Assembly (NCBI GenBank): GCA_964016885.1
Contig: OZ024740.1
Location: forward strand, 107,942,001-108,006,000
DNA length: 64,000 bases
Reading direction: 5' to 3'
Source: Eledone cirrhosa
Lineage: Eukaryota
The notes beneath the pieces were generated by a model. That model made no database searches and was not told the DNA's origin. It saw only the letters and a list, made by a program, of their open reading frames with translations. Below are positions 1 through 13,270 of this stretch, piece by piece. How positions within the stretch are numbered: position 1 is the first letter of the stretch; every line of letters begins with the position of its first letter. A program made the position numbers and the translations under genes.

Positions 1-394
1 TGTGACAGAGTAGATACAACACACTGTATAGAATAGATGTGGTACTGTTACTGTGATACAGTGGCTGTTGTCAGTCAGTATGACACAGTACATAATCTCT
101 GCACAGAAACACAACTTCATCTATATATCTAAAACAGAGAATGTCTGTCTGTCTGTCTGACTCCCTAAAACTCAAGAACCACCCAACCGATTGTTTTCAA
201 ATTTTCAATGCCCTAGGGACCGCATTAGGCAAAAAAGCGATCTCTCTCTCTTAGTCTTTCTTCTTAGATAGGTACATAGATAATAACATTGCACCCCTAT
301 AATATCTGTCTGTATGTCTAGCTGTCTGCATTACGACATTATGACACTGTGTGTGTATATAGTGTGTGTATATATATATATATTATATATAGTG

Positions 395-512
395 TGTAAC
401 GTTTTTCGAAATATTTACTTCTGCATTCACAGATTGATTTTTTTAGTTTCAGAAGATTCCATTAAGGGTGAAAGCAGCGATTCTTTGCTTAAACTTTAAT
501 CTGTTATTTTAA
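395..512 (+). mobile_element. PLE pseudo-LTR fragment
   Basis: Reverse-complement match to ~16840-16960; contains an HHR-like fold. Confidence 0.65.
445..495 (+). ncRNA. Type I hammerhead-like motif, variant core CAGAAGA
   Basis: AGUUU-CAGAAGA-U-UCC/GGG-U-GAAA-GCAG/UUGC-UU-AAACU; all three helices pair. Confidence 0.55.
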
Positions 513-911
513 TATATATATATTTATATATTTGTGTACAGATATGTTGGCATACACAATAACAAAATATAAACAAACGTATTTATTTCATGAGGCTCGA
601 TAAGGATAAATATATATCAAATATATAAGAACCTTAGAGCAAATCCTGAGCAACGGGATCTCTAAATTGTACACCAAATAAAATCTCCCCTTCTCTCTTG
701 GTATCACACACACACTATTTCTATCTATCTACCTATATATCTACCAACCTACCTACCTCTCTGTCTCTCTATCAATCCATCTACCTACATACCTCTCTAT
801 CTGTCTATCCACCTATATCGTCATCATCATCATCATTTTACGGGCGCTTTTCCCTGCTTGCAAGGGTTGGACTTGAGATAGACAGACAGGGAGGTTGATA
901 GATAAAGAAGT

Positions 912-1398
<487 letters not shown>

Positions 1399-1448
1399 AT
1401 ATATGTATATAATATAAGATCAAAAGATGGTTAAAGGAGTTCCATATA

Positions 1449-1515
1449 TTTTATTATGCGCATTTCAAAAACAAACATCATCAAACAATAATATTTGTGT
1501 TTTCATCAGATAAAA
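1449..1515 (-). ncRNA. Type I hammerhead ribozyme
   Basis: Mirror copy of 3662-3728. Confidence 0.8.
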
Positions 1516-2723
1516 CAGGAGAACATGATATGAAGGCTAAAAAAACACTTGTTGATAGTGCAGTTTTAAATCAACATATGAAAAGTGGTTTTAGATTGAT
1601 GTGTGATATTGGGAAAAATATTTTATTTAGAGAGGGGGGGGAGAAAAGGATGAAAAGGGAAGGAGATGAGAGGGAGAGATGGGTGATAGAGAGAAAGAGA
1701 TAGTTTTTATAACTGAGAGGAGATATATTTTATATAGAGGGGTTGAAAACCGTTGGAAGATACTGTATAAATTAAAAATTTTGAAAATTAACGAAGGGAG
1801 GATATGTGCGAGGAAAAAATATTTTATTTAGGGAGGGGGGGGTGGAAAGGATGAAAAAAAAGGGGAGGAGATGAGAGTGAAGGTGGAAAGGGAGAGATGG
1901 GTGATAGAGAGAAAGAGATAGTTTTTATAACTGAGAAAAAGATATAATGTTTTAATATAGAGAGGTTGGGAACCGTTGGAAGATAATGTATAAATTAAAG
2001 GAATTTGAAAATTAACGAAGGGAAATTATGTATGAAGATAGAGAGAAAAAAATAATAATTGTGGGTGAATATTCTAACGTCAAAAGAAGAAATGTATGTA
2101 TTGTGGGAATTTCAAAATTAGCAAAGAGAAAAATGTTAAGGTTTATGTGCAGAAGGATTTGAGAAAAATAATGTGAAGTTAAAGTTTGTATATTGAATTC
2201 ATATGTATTAATAATGAGTTCGTTGATGGGGAGAAAAAAATAATAATAAATTAAGGATGAAATTGAGATTAAAAAGATTTATGATAGAGAGAAAAAATAA
2301 TAATGATTGCGGATGAATACTCAAAATGTCAAAAACAAATGTTATTGTTTTACGAAAAGATAGAATGAGGGTAATGAGTAAACGAGTATTATAGAGTGTA
2401 TAATGCCCTTTAAAGTAAGGTAGATGGGTATATTTTAAAGAATATATGAGTATATATTAAAAAAATATAATAATAAATTAAGGATGAAATTGAGATTAAA
2501 AAGATTTATGATAGAGAGAAAAAATAATAATGATTGCGGATGAATATTCAAAATGTCAAAAACAAATGTTATTGTTTTACGAGAAGATAGAATGAGGGTA
2601 ATGAGTAAACGAGTATTATAGAGTGTGTAATGCCCTTTAAAGTAAGGTAGATGGGTATATTTTAAAGAGGTGTATGTATATGTGCCTTTGAGAAAAGATT
2701 CTAAATTGATAAAGAATTGAATA

Positions 2724-2891
2724 TTAACTGTATACTTTGTGAAAAGTTCTATGGAATTTATGCAGGCAGATAGAAAACAAATCTGAGCGTCTATTTATTA
2801 TGGATTCTAGGTTAGAGATAATGGTAAATTTTTCATTTAGGCAGAGATTACAGATTTTAGATAGAGAGCTGTTCAAGTATGAGGATGCAGA
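2724..2891 (-). pseudogene. C-terminal fragment of PLE GIY-YIG endonuclease (CxxC...CxH)
   Basis: Manual translation SASSYLNSSLSKICNLCLNEKFTIISNLESIINRRSDLFSICLHKFHRTFHKVYS*; pattern Y..CxLCxxE..I..NxRxD/E..CxH, as in 37450-37677. Confidence 0.75.
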
Positions 2892-3661
2892 AGAAATCTT
2901 TTTAATCTCAATTTCATCCTTAATTTATTATTATTTTTTTCTCCCCATCAACGAACTCATTATTAATACATATGAATTCAATATACAAACTTTAACTTCA
3001 CATTATTTTTCTCAAATCCTTCTACACATAAACCTTAACATTTTTCTCTTTGCTAATTTTGAAATTCCCACAATACATACATTTCTTCTTTTGACGTTAG
3101 AATATTCACCCACAATTATTATTTTTTTCTCTCTATCTTCATCCATAATTTCCCTTCGTTAATTTTCAAATTCCTTTAATTTATACATTATCTTCCAACG
3201 GTTCCCAACCTCTCTATATTAAAACATTATATCTTTTTCTCAGTTATAAAAACTATCTCTTTCTCTCTATCACCCATCTCTCCCTTTCCACCTTCACTCT
3301 CATCTCCTCCCCTTTTTTTTTCATCCTTCCCCCCCCCCCTCCCTAAATAAAATATTTTTTCCTCGCACATATCCTCCCTTCGTTAATTTTCAAAATTTTT
3401 AATTTATACAGTATCTTCCAACGGTTTTCAACCCCTCTATATAAAATATATCTCCTCTCAGTTATAAAAACTATCTCTTTCTCTCTATCACCCATCTCTC
3501 CCTCTCATCTCCTTCCCTTTTCATCCTTTTCTCCCCCCCCCCCCTCTCTAAATAAAATATTTTTCCCAATATCACACATCAATCTAAAACCACTTTTCAT
3601 ATGTTGATTTAAAACTGCACTATCAACAAGTGTTTTTTAGCCTTCATATCATGTTCTCCTG

Positions 3662-3728
3662 TTTTATCTGATGAAAACACAAATATTATTGTTTGATGAT
3701 GTTTGTTTTTGAAATGCGCATAATAAAA
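3662..3728 (+). ncRNA. Type I hammerhead ribozyme
   Basis: UUUUAU-CUGAUGA-AU-rich helix II-GAAA-UGCGCA-UA-AUAAAA; palindromic helix III. Confidence 0.8.
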
Positions 3729-3855
3729 TATATGGAACTCCTTTAACCATCTTTTGATCTTATATTATGCATACTCCAGTCCCACAAACTGTAGAGTGCT
3801 TCTTATCCGATATCTGCATTGCTTTATTGTACTACAATAAAACTCACCTCCTACA

Positions 3856-3919
<64 letters not shown>

Positions 3920-4012
3920 GTATATATATGTATATATATGTATATATATGTATATATATATATGTGTATATATATGTATATATATGTATATATATATATA
4001 TGTATATATATG

Positions 4013-4097
<85 letters not shown>

Positions 4098-4280
4098 GTA
4101 TATATATCATCATATATATGTATATATATATATGTGTATATATATCATCATCATATACAGTATATATATATGTATATATGTGTATATATATATGTGTATA
4201 TATATATATATGTGTATATATATATGTGTATATATATAGATATATATATGTATATATATATGTATGTATATATATATATG

Positions 4281-4312
<32 letters not shown>

Positions 4313-4314
4313 TA

Positions 4315-4345
<31 letters not shown>

Positions 4346-4364
4346 GTGTGTATATATATATATA

Positions 4365-4531
4365 CCACTGTAAATGTGGTTGGTGTTAGGAAGGGCATCC
4401 AGCCGTAGAAAACCCGCCAGACAGTCCTATGCGAGCAAGTCAACCACTCTTGCCTCAAGTGGGAAAACTCCCGTCCAAACCCATGCAAGCGTGGAATATG
4501 GACGTTAAACGATGATGATGATGATGATGAT

Positions 4532-4533
<2 letters not shown>
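4365..4533 (+). mobile_element. RTE LINE extreme 3' end
   Basis: 'ttaggaagggcatccagccgtagaaa...ggacgttaaac(gat)n'. Confidence 0.9.
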
Positions 4534-4569
<36 letters not shown>

Positions 4570-4586
4570 TATGTGTGTATATATAT

Positions 4587-4926
4587 ATCATCATCATCAT
4601 ACATCCGCTTTTCCCTGCTTGCAAGGGTGGGACGGGAACTGATTCTGGCTTGATTTCTACAGCTGGATGCCCTTCCTAACACCAACCTCATTTACAGTGA
4701 GTGCTTGGTGCTTTTTTGCTGCCGTCGCACCTCCACGACCACTTTGCAGTGGAATGATAGGGACCCCAGTCCGTATCATTCCACTCATTTCTACAGCTGA
4801 GCAAACTGGAGCAATGTGAAATAAAGTGTCTTGCTCAAGGAAACAACACATCACCCGGTCTGAGAATTGAACTCACAACCTTTCGATTGTAAGGCCAATG
4901 CTCTAACCACTAAGCCATGTGCCTCC
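4587..4926 (-). mobile_element. tRNA-derived CORE-type SINE with RTE tail
   Basis: A box TGGCTTAGTGG, B box GAGTTCAATTC, CORE-like 'ccttgagcaagacacttt..ctcagctgtagaaatgag', RTE-like 3' end and (ATG)n; five copies in the window. Confidence 0.85.
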
Positions 4927-5015
4927 ATATATATGTACATATATATATATGTATATATATATGTGTATATATATATATATATATGTGTGTATATATATAT
5001 GTGTGTGTATATATA

Positions 5016-5050
<35 letters not shown>

Positions 5051-5052
<2 letters not shown>

Positions 5053-7729
5053 TAGCGACCTCATAGTCAGGACGAGACGTACTCGACAACAGAAGAGGAT
5101 TATCCTCAGGAGAAAAATATGGAAGCTAAAGGACCCCACAGCCAGTAATAAATTTCAAAGCATATTACTTGATGCTCTCGACAGTAAGGAAGAGCAATTA
5201 GAGTCGTACAATATAGAGGAACAGTGGGAATTCCTGAAAGCAAGCCTGCTGATGGCGACAGATGAAGTCTGTGGCTGGAGCAGGCCTATAGGCAGGAGGA
5301 GAGTGACGAGGTGGTGGAACAGTAAGGTGGAGGAGTCAATTAAGGCCAAATAGCAGGCTTTGAAAGTATGGCGGGATGGGGGAAGTAGAGAAGACTATCA
5401 AGTGGCCAGGAGGGAAGCTAGGAGACAAGTGTACTTCGCAAGAAGGGAAGCAGAGGAAAGAAAGTTCAAGCATGTTCTACAACGCGAGGACCAAAAACGT
5501 GAGGTGTTCAGGATTGCTAGGCAATGTGTCAAGGAAAACCGTGATATTGTCGGGGAGAAGTGTGTCCTTAATGATGATGGTGTACTTGCCATCACTGACG
5601 CTGATAAGAAGGTAGCTTGGAAGTGTCACGACGAAAGGCTACTAAATGAGGAGAATAAATGGGAGAAAGACAGTCTCCCTCCACATCGATCCAATAGAGG
5701 GACCAGCAGTGTTAGTCGAAGGTAGTATAATAAGTACGGCAAACAAAGATATAAAGACGGGTAAGGCGGCTGGGCCTTCGGAAATAGTTGCTGAAATGCT
5801 GAAAGCTTCTGGAACGGTGGGACACACCATGGTCACCCGGATAGTAAACCAAGTCATACAGAATGGGGTTGTTCCGAAGGACTGGTGTAATAGCATCATC
5901 ATTAACTGCTACAAGGGTAAAGGAGATGCCCTAGATAGGGGTAACTATAGAGGCATTAAATTAATCGACCAGGTCATGAAGGTCACAGAAAAAGTAATAA
6001 CGCAACTAATCAGAGAGCGAATTGATCTAGATGAAATGCAGTTCGGGTTTGTGTCAGGTAAAAGTACAACAGACGCTCTTTTCATTGTACGACAACTACA
6101 GGAGAAGTACCTAGCTAAAAGTAAACCCCTATACTTAGCTTTGGTTGACTTGGAGATGGCTTTGACAGAGTCCCCCGTTCCATTATCTGGTGGGCTCTTA
6201 GAAAACTAGGTGTTGATGAATGGCTTGTGAGAGCTATACAAGCCATGTATAAAGAAACAGTCAGCAAGGTTAGAATTAACAACTAATATAGTGAAGAGTT
6301 TAGCGTAAAAGTTGGTTTTCATCAGGGCTCCGTTCTTAGCCCCCTACTATTTATTATTGCCCTTCAGGCTATAACAGTGGAGTTCAAGACCGGCTGCCCA
6401 TGAGAACTCTTATACGCAGATGATCTAACACTCATAGCTGAATCAATGGCCGAACTAGAGAAGAAATTCCAAACATGGAAGCATGGCCTAGAATCAAAAG
6501 GCCTTAAAATTAACAGTTCTAGTTTGTAGGAAGGAAAACAGGGCAGCAGGCCCATCCGGGAAATGGCCATGCTCAGTGTGTAGGAAAGGAGTAGGTAGAA
6601 ACTCCATTTTATGTCCCAAATGCAAAGTATGGGTGCATAAAAGATGTAGTGGGATCACAGATAAGCTAACTAAGAACATAGATTTTATATGTGGCCGGTG
6701 CTCTGGTGCAATAAGTAGCAGCAAGTGCCAACAGAATACTAGCTCATTCCATTGCACAGATGGTTCTATAGAAATAGTGGACAGCTTCCGTTACGTGGGT
6801 GACAAAATCAGCAGTGGGGGAGGGTGCTCTGAAAGTACAGTAGCTAGAGTCAGAACTGGATGGAAAAAGTTCAGAGAGCTTATACCACTATTAGCCGCTA
6901 AAGGGTTCTCTCTAAAAATGAAAGGCAGGCTGTATGATGCCTGCATACGAACAGCAATGTTACATGGCAGTGAGACCTGGGCATTGTGTGCAGAGGGTAT
7001 ACGCAGACTGGAGAGGAAAGAAGCTTGCATGCTCCGCTGGATGTGTAATAGTAATATACGTGAACGGCAAAGCATAAACGAACTAATGAAAAAATTAGAA
7101 ATAAGAGGGATCAGATGTTGTTTACTCGAGAGAAGACTGCGTTGGTATGGTCACGTGATGCGCATGAAAGACGACAGCTGTATAAAAAAGTGCAGGGCAA
7201 TAAAAATAGACGGTAGCCACGGAGTAGGCAGACCCAGAAAAACCTGGGACGACTTGATAAATTCCGACCTCACACACTTACACATCTCCAAGACAATGTC
7301 AGTGGACCGAGATCTTTGGCGCTACACAGTAATACAGAAGACCTGCCTTACCTAAGTACAAAGTGAAACCTACTACAGTCAGTAGGCACCTCTAACAAAA
7401 ATGCACCCCCGTCCTGCTACCCCACCCCATCCACACCACCCCTTTCAATGTAAAGTTATGTTGCTACCACAACATCCAGTCTGAAACAAATGAGGTCGTG
7501 TAGGTGTCACAACAAAAAACACACAGTCCACGCTGTAATGTGGCCGTGTAGGCAACACGGTAAAAACCTCCCAGTCCACACTGTAAACGTGGTTGGTGTT
7601 AGGAAGGGCATCCAGCTGTAGAAAACCCTATACGAGGAAGACAACCACTCTTGCCTCAAGTGGGAAAACTCCCGTCCAAACCCATGCAAGCGTGGAATAT
7701 GGACGTTAAACAATGATGATGATGATGAT
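5051..7729 (+). mobile_element. RTE LINE, 5'-truncated and disrupted (subfamily A)
   Basis: RT fragments in ORFs 4919, 5360, 5646 and 6576, broken by stops and frameshifts; 3' UTR and (GAT)n tail present. Confidence 0.95.
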
Positions 7730-8011
7730 ATATATATTTATATACTTCTCTATTTATCTATCTATCTACCAACCTCCCTGTCTATCTAAGGAGACGATTG
7801 ACAGAAAGAGAAATGAACTACCAAAGATTTCAATGAAGCTAAGGGCCTGAGTGGAAAGCAAGAAGGTTGCTGTTTCTAACAAATAAATCCAAGTAGTCTC
7901 ACTTGACTCCTCTCACCTAACACAAGATTGTACTTTGAAGTATTCACTTCCTCTTCCTAGAGAGAGTGTATATAGCCTTGAAATACAGCCCAGCAGATAT
8001 ACACACACACA

Positions 8012-8047
<36 letters not shown>

Positions 8048-8208
8048 CATATACATACACATATATATAGATGTATATACACATATGTATACATATATGT
8101 ATATATATATACATACATATATACATACATATACATACACATATATATATATACATACATATACATACACATATATACATACATATACATACACATATAT
8201 ATATACAT

Positions 8209-8516
8209 GGTGGCTGCCAACTCGTTTTCGAGTACGGCCACTACTTTATATCCATGTAGGAGAACCCCTACCGATGCGCTGAACAAGTGTGGCTTTTTAG
8301 TCCAGCCAGCGACTTGAAAACTCTGGTACAAACACCACACTTGTGACAATTATTGACACATAGTGCTGGGCCCATGGTACCATGTGAGGACAAGTGCAGA
8401 GAGATCTCCAGATATAAAGCAATGCCTGTGCCGTGAAGCTTTTATAGTGAGCAAAGGCACTGCACAAAGCCAGTCCCACTCTCTTAACCAAGATGATATT
8501 TACCAAAAAGAAGAAC
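8209..8516 (-). mobile_element. Truncated copy of the ~610-bp non-coding retroposon
   Basis: Shares its left boundary and sequence with 12414-13025 and 28727-29336. Confidence 0.8.
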
Positions 8517-8587
8517 TATATATATACATACATACATATATACATACATATACATACACATATAAATAAACATATATACACATATGT

Positions 8588-8624
<37 letters not shown>

Positions 8625-8708
8625 CATACATACACATACATACATACATATATATACACATATAAATAAACGTATATACACATATGTATACATATATATA
8701 TATATATA

Positions 8709-11700
8709 TCATCATCATCATCATCATCAACGTTTAACGTCCGTGTTCCACGCTTGCATGGGTTTGGACGGGGGTAGTCCCACTTGAGGCAAGAGTGATT
8801 GTCTTGCTCGCATAGGACTGTCTGGCAGGTTTTCTACAGTTGGATGCCCTTCCTAACACCAACCACATTTACAGTGTGGGTCTGGGAGGTTTTTACTGTG
8901 TTGCCTACACGGCCACATTACAGCGTGGACTGTGTGTTTTTTTGTCGTGACACCTACACGATCTCATTTGTTTCGGCCTGGATGGCGCGGCACCAACATA
9001 ACTTTACATAAAACGGGGTGGTGTGGATGGGGTGGGGGTGGTGGCGGGACGGGGTGTAGTTTGTTAGAGATGCCTACTGGCAAGGCGGGTCTTCTCTGTT
9101 ACTGAGTACCGCCAAAGGTCACGGTCCAGTGACATTGTCTTGGAGAGGTGTAAGTGTGTGAGGTCGGAGTTTATCAGCTCATCCCATGTTTTTCTAGGTC
9201 TGCCTATTCCGTGGCTACCGTCTATCTTTATTGCCCTGCACTTTGTTATACAGCTATCGACTTTCATGCGCATCACGTGTCCATACCAACGCAGCCTTCT
9301 CTCGAGTAAACAACATCTGATCCCTCTTATCTCTAATTTTTTCCTTAGTTCGTTTATGCTTTGCCGTTCACGTATATTACTGTTACACATCCAGCGGAGC
9401 ATGCAAGCTTCGTTCCTCTCTAGTCTGCATATATCCTCTGCACACAATGCCCAGGTCTCACTACCATGCAACATTGCTGTTCGTATGCAGGCATCGTACA
9501 ACCTGCCTTTCATTTTTAGGGAGAACCCTTTAGCAGCTAATAGTGGTATAAGCTCTCTGAACTTTTTCCAACCAGTTCTGACTCTAGCTACAGTACTTTC
9601 AGAGTACCCTCCCCCACTGCTGATTTTATCGCCCAGGTAACGGAAGCTGTCCACTATTTCTATAGAACCCTCTGCGCAATTGAAAGCGCTAGTATTTTGT
9701 GGGCACTTGCTGCTACTTATTGCACCAGAACACCGGCCACATGTAAAGTCTATGTTCTTAGTTAGCTTACCTGTGATCCCACTACATCTTTTATGCACCC
9801 ATACTTTGCATTTAGGACATAAGATGGAGTTTCTACCTACGCCTTTCCTACATACCGAGCACGACCATTTCCCAGAAGGGACCGCCGCCTTGTTTTCTTT
9901 CCTACAAACTAGAACTTTGGTCTTAGCCAGGTTAATTTTAAGTCCTTTTGACTCTAGGCCGTGCTTCCATGTTTGGAATTTCTTCTCTAGCTCGGCCATT
10001 GATTCCGATATGAGTGTCAGGTCGTCTGCGTATAGGAGTTCCCATGGGCAGCCTGTCTTGAACTCCTCTGTTATAGCCTGAAGGGCAATAATAAATAGTA
10101 GGGGGCTGAGAACAGAGCCCTGATGGACGCCAACTTTTACGCTAAACTCTTCACTATATTCGTTGTTAATTCTAACCTTGCTGACTGTTTCTTTATACAT
10201 GGCTTGTATAGCCCTCACAAGCCATTCGTCAACGCCTAGTTTTCTAAGAGCCCACCAGATAATGGAGCGGGGGACTCTGTCGAAGGCTTTCTCCAGGTCG
10301 ACAAAAGCTAAGTAGAGGGGTTTACCTTTAGCTAGGTACTTCTCCTGTAGTTGTCGTACTATGAAAAGAGCGTCTGTGGTGCTTTTGCCTGACACAAACC
10401 CGAACTGCATTTCATCTAGATCAATTCTCTCTCTGATTAGTTGCGCTATTACTTTTTCCGTGACCTTCATGACCTGGTCGATTAATTTAATGCCTCTATA
10501 GTTACTCCTATCTAGGGCGTCTCCTTTACCCTTATAACAGTTAACGATGATGCTGCTATGCCAGTCCTTCGGAACAACCCCATTCTGTACGACTTGGTTA
10601 ACTATGCGGGTGACCATGGTGTGTCCCACCGTGCCAGATGCCTTCAGCATCTCAGCAACTATTTCCGAAGGCCCAGCCGCTTTACCAGTCTTCATATCCT
10701 TGATTGCCTTACTTATTATACTCCCCTCGACTAACACTGCTGGTCCCTCTATCGGGTCGATATGGGGGAGACTGTCTTTCTCCCATTTATTCTCCTCATT
10801 TAGTAGCCTTTCATAGTGACACTTCCAAGCTACCTTCTTATCAGTGTCGGTGATGGCAAGTATGCCATCATCGTTAAGTACACACTTCTCCCCGACAATA
10901 TCACGGTTTTCCTTGATGCATTGCCTGGCAATCCTGAACACCTCACGTTTTTGGTCATCGCGTTGTAGAACATGCTTGAACTTTCTTTCCTCAGCTTCCC
11001 TTCTTGCTAAGTACACTTCTCTCCTAGCTTCCCTCCTGGCCACTTGATAGTCTACTCTACTTCCCCCATCCCGCCATACTTTCCAAGCCTGCTTTTTGGC
11101 CTTAATTGACCCCTCCACCCTATTGTTCCACCACCATGTTACTCTCCTCCTGCCTACAGGCCTGCTCCAGCCACAGACTTCGTCTGTCGCCAACAGCAGG
11201 TTTGCTCTCAGAAATTTCCACTGTCCCTCTATATTGTCCGATTCTAGATGCTCTTCCTTACTGTCGAAAGCATCAAGTAATATGCTTTGAAATTTATTTC
11301 TGGCTGTGGGGTCCTTTAGTTTCCATATTTTCCTCCTGAGGATAGTCCTCTTCTGCTGTCGGGTACGTCTCGTCCTGACTATGAGGTCGCTAATTATCAG
11401 TCTATGTTGGGAGGTGCATTCTTCATGGGGGAGGGATTTAGTGTTTACAACAGACACTCTGTCACGTCTTCTGGTAAGGATATAATCTACCTGGCTTGTG
11501 TGTTCCCCGGATCTATAGGTAATCAGGTGATTGTCACGTTTTTTGAAGTTAGTGTTACAGATAGTTAGGTTATTTGCATCACAGTATTCCAGGATTCTGG
11601 AGCCTTCCTCATTTCTAGTACCAAACCCATAGCCTCCATGGATTTCGTCGTAGCCGTCACAATGTTGTCCAACGTGACCATTTAGGTCGCCTGCAATAAT

Positions 11701-12244
11701 TATATAGTCACTGTCAGATATTTGGGAGGTAGTTAGCAACAGTGTCTCATAGAATCTGTCTTTTATAGTGCCGGGCAGTCCGGATTGGGGTGCGTACGCA
11801 GATATTACTGTCACCGTAGTTCTATTGAGGACAAGTCTTATTTTAATTATTCTGTCGTTCACTCTATTTACGTCTATTATCTTATCTGCCCACTTTTCTG
11901 CTACCATGATTCCTACTCCACCCAGCCCATCGTCGTTTCCCACCCAGAAAAGCTTATAACATCGTTTTTTACCCTCAAAGAATCTAGCAGACCCACCCCT
12001 CCACCTGGTCTCTTGAATACAACAAACATCGACCTCCTTACGTTCAAGCATTTCTACAACCTCGTTAGCGCAACCCTTTAGGGTGCCTACATTTATGGTA
12101 CCAACTCTGAAGTTTTGGGTTGCGTTTGGAGGGTGGGGGTGGTGGGGGGCGGGAGGAGATAGGGTTATGTTAGCCATCCACGGACGAAACAAAGAGGAGT
12201 GCTCGCATTCTCGTCCACGAGGTGAATTTGAATTTGACACGAGG

Positions 12245-12248
<4 letters not shown>
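8709..12248 (-). mobile_element. RTE LINE, near full length (subfamily A)
   Basis: Intact ORF, 3' UTR and (ATG)n tail; both ends lie in TA microsatellite. Confidence 0.95.
9064..12177 (-). CDS. RTE ORF: AP endonuclease + reverse transcriptase + PHD-type zinc finger (1037 aa from ATG at 12177)
   Basis: APE motifs [31 protein letters not shown]; RT motifs [20 protein letters not shown]; C4HC3 finger. The upstream YI run in the ORF track is microsatellite. Confidence 0.92.
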   Translation of the reverse strand: MANITLSPPAPHHPHPPNATQNFRVGTINVGTLKGCANEVVEMLERKEVDVCCIQETRWRGGSARFFEGKKRCYKLFWVGNDDGLGGVGIMVAEKWADKIIDVNRVNDRIIKIRLVLNRTTVTVISAYAPQSGLPGTIKDRFYETLLLTTSQISDSDYIIIAGDLNGHVGQHCDGYDEIHGGYGFGTRNEEGSRILEYCDANNLTICNTNFKKRDNHLITYRSGEHTSQVDYILTRRRDRVSVVNTKSLPHEECTSQHRLIISDLIVRTRRTRQQKRTILRRKIWKLKDPTARNKFQSILLDAFDSKEEHLESDNIEGQWKFLRANLLLATDEVCGWSRPVGRRRVTWWWNNRVEGSIKAKKQAWKVWRDGGSRVDYQVARREARREVYLARREAEERKFKHVLQRDDQKREVFRIARQCIKENRDIVGEKCVLNDDGILAITDTDKKVAWKCHYERLLNEENKWEKDSLPHIDPIEGPAVLVEGSIISKAIKDMKTGKAAGPSEIVAEMLKASGTVGHTMVTRIVNQVVQNGVVPKDWHSSIIVNCYKGKGDALDRSNYRGIKLIDQVMKVTEKVIAQLIRERIDLDEMQFGFVSGKSTTDALFIVRQLQEKYLAKGKPLYLAFVDLEKAFDRVPRSIIWWALRKLGVDEWLVRAIQAMYKETVSKVRINNEYSEEFSVKVGVHQGSVLSPLLFIIALQAITEEFKTGCPWELLYADDLTLISESMAELEKKFQTWKHGLESKGLKINLAKTKVLVCRKENKAAVPSGKWSCSVCRKGVGRNSILCPKCKVWVHKRCSGITGKLTKNIDFTCGRCSGAISSSKCPQNTSAFNCAEGSIEIVDSFRYLGDKISSGGGYSESTVARVRTGWKKFRELIPLLAAKGFSLKMKGRLYDACIRTAMLHGSETWALCAEDICRLERNEACMLRWMCNSNIRERQSINELRKKLEIRGIRCCLLERRLRWYGHVMRMKVDSCITKCRAIKIDGSHGIGRPRKTWDELINSDLTHLHLSKTMSLDRDLWRYSVTEKTRLASRHL

Positions 12249-12334
<86 letters not shown>

Positions 12335-12343
12335 CACATATAG

Positions 12344-12413
<70 letters not shown>

Positions 12414-12415
<2 letters not shown>

Positions 12416-13025
12416 TGTGGCTGCCAACTCGTTTTCGAGTTCGGCCACTACTTTATATCCATGTAGGAGAACCCCTACCGATGCACTGAACGAGTGTGAC
12501 TTTTTAGTCCAGCCAGCAACTTGAAAACTCTGGTACAAACAATACACCTGTAACAATTATTGACACATAGTGCTGGGCCCATGGTACCATGTGACGACAA
12601 GTGCAGAGAGATCTCCAGATACAAAGCAATACCTGTGCCGTGAAGCTTTTATAGTGAGCAAAGGCACTGGACAAAGCCAGTCCCACTCTCTTAACCAAGA
12701 TGTTATTTACCAAAAAGAAGAACAAGTTAACATCATTGGATACCATCAGGGTTGCAGGTGTTGTATCAGAGTTTTCCTTCTCCTAGAATTCTGCCTTGAC
12801 AAAGGCTAAGGGGGTCATCTCTCCCAGTGATTCTGGATGGCCATTGACTCTTAAGAGCTCCTTTGCCCTTTGACAGGTTTTGTTTTTAGTCCTGCAGGAT
12901 GTCCAAAGTCACACTCTTCACCAAGAAACCTTGGTGGGGTTGCCAGTTTAGTCGCCAACGACCCGACCATGAGACAGGTTGTACTGGGATAAATGTTACC
13001 AGTAGCACCAACTGGTGACCTGACA
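12414..13025 (-). mobile_element. ~610-bp non-coding retroposon with RTE-5'UTR-like motifs
   Basis: Minus strand carries 'ttagcctttgtcaaggcag..ctaggagaaggaaaactctg', recalled as an RTE 5' UTR motif; three copies. Confidence 0.75.
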
Positions 13026-13270
13026 TACATACATATATACATACATATATACATATACATACATACATATATACATACATATATACATATACATACATAC
13101 ATATATACATACATATATACATACATATATACATACATATACATACACATATATATATATATATATATACACATTAATATATATATATACACATATATAT
13201 ATATACATATATACATATAGATATATATATACATATAGATATATATATATACATATATACATATAGATAT

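Larger units (their letters stand above)
120..665 (+). mobile_element. Degenerate non-autonomous Helitron-like element
   Basis: Starts A|TCTATATATCTAAAA, then (TGTC)n and 'aagaaccacccaaccgatt..tcaaattt'; ends 'aaatcctgagcaacgggatctcta'. Layout resembles invertebrate non-autonomous Helitrons, but the CTAG end is imperfect. Confidence 0.45.
1409..3858. mobile_element. 5'-truncated PLE (Naiad-like) with ~870-bp inverted repeat
   Basis: 1409-2279 is the reverse complement of 2895-3768. The spacer holds an endonuclease C-terminus; each arm holds an HHR. Internal tandem duplications at ~1617/1817 and ~2240/2465. Confidence 0.8.

Noticed and set aside
4850-4926. tRNA gene
   Set aside because: It is a SINE head, continuous with the CORE-like segment and RTE tail in five copies.
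9140-12081. Antisense ORFs over RTE copies
   Set aside because: Shadow frames of the RT ORF with no independent motifs.
12414-13025. 5' UTR of the adjacent intact RTE split by a microsatellite
   Set aside because: The same element occurs independently twice and differs from the RTE upstream sequence at 31980-32270; not fully excluded.
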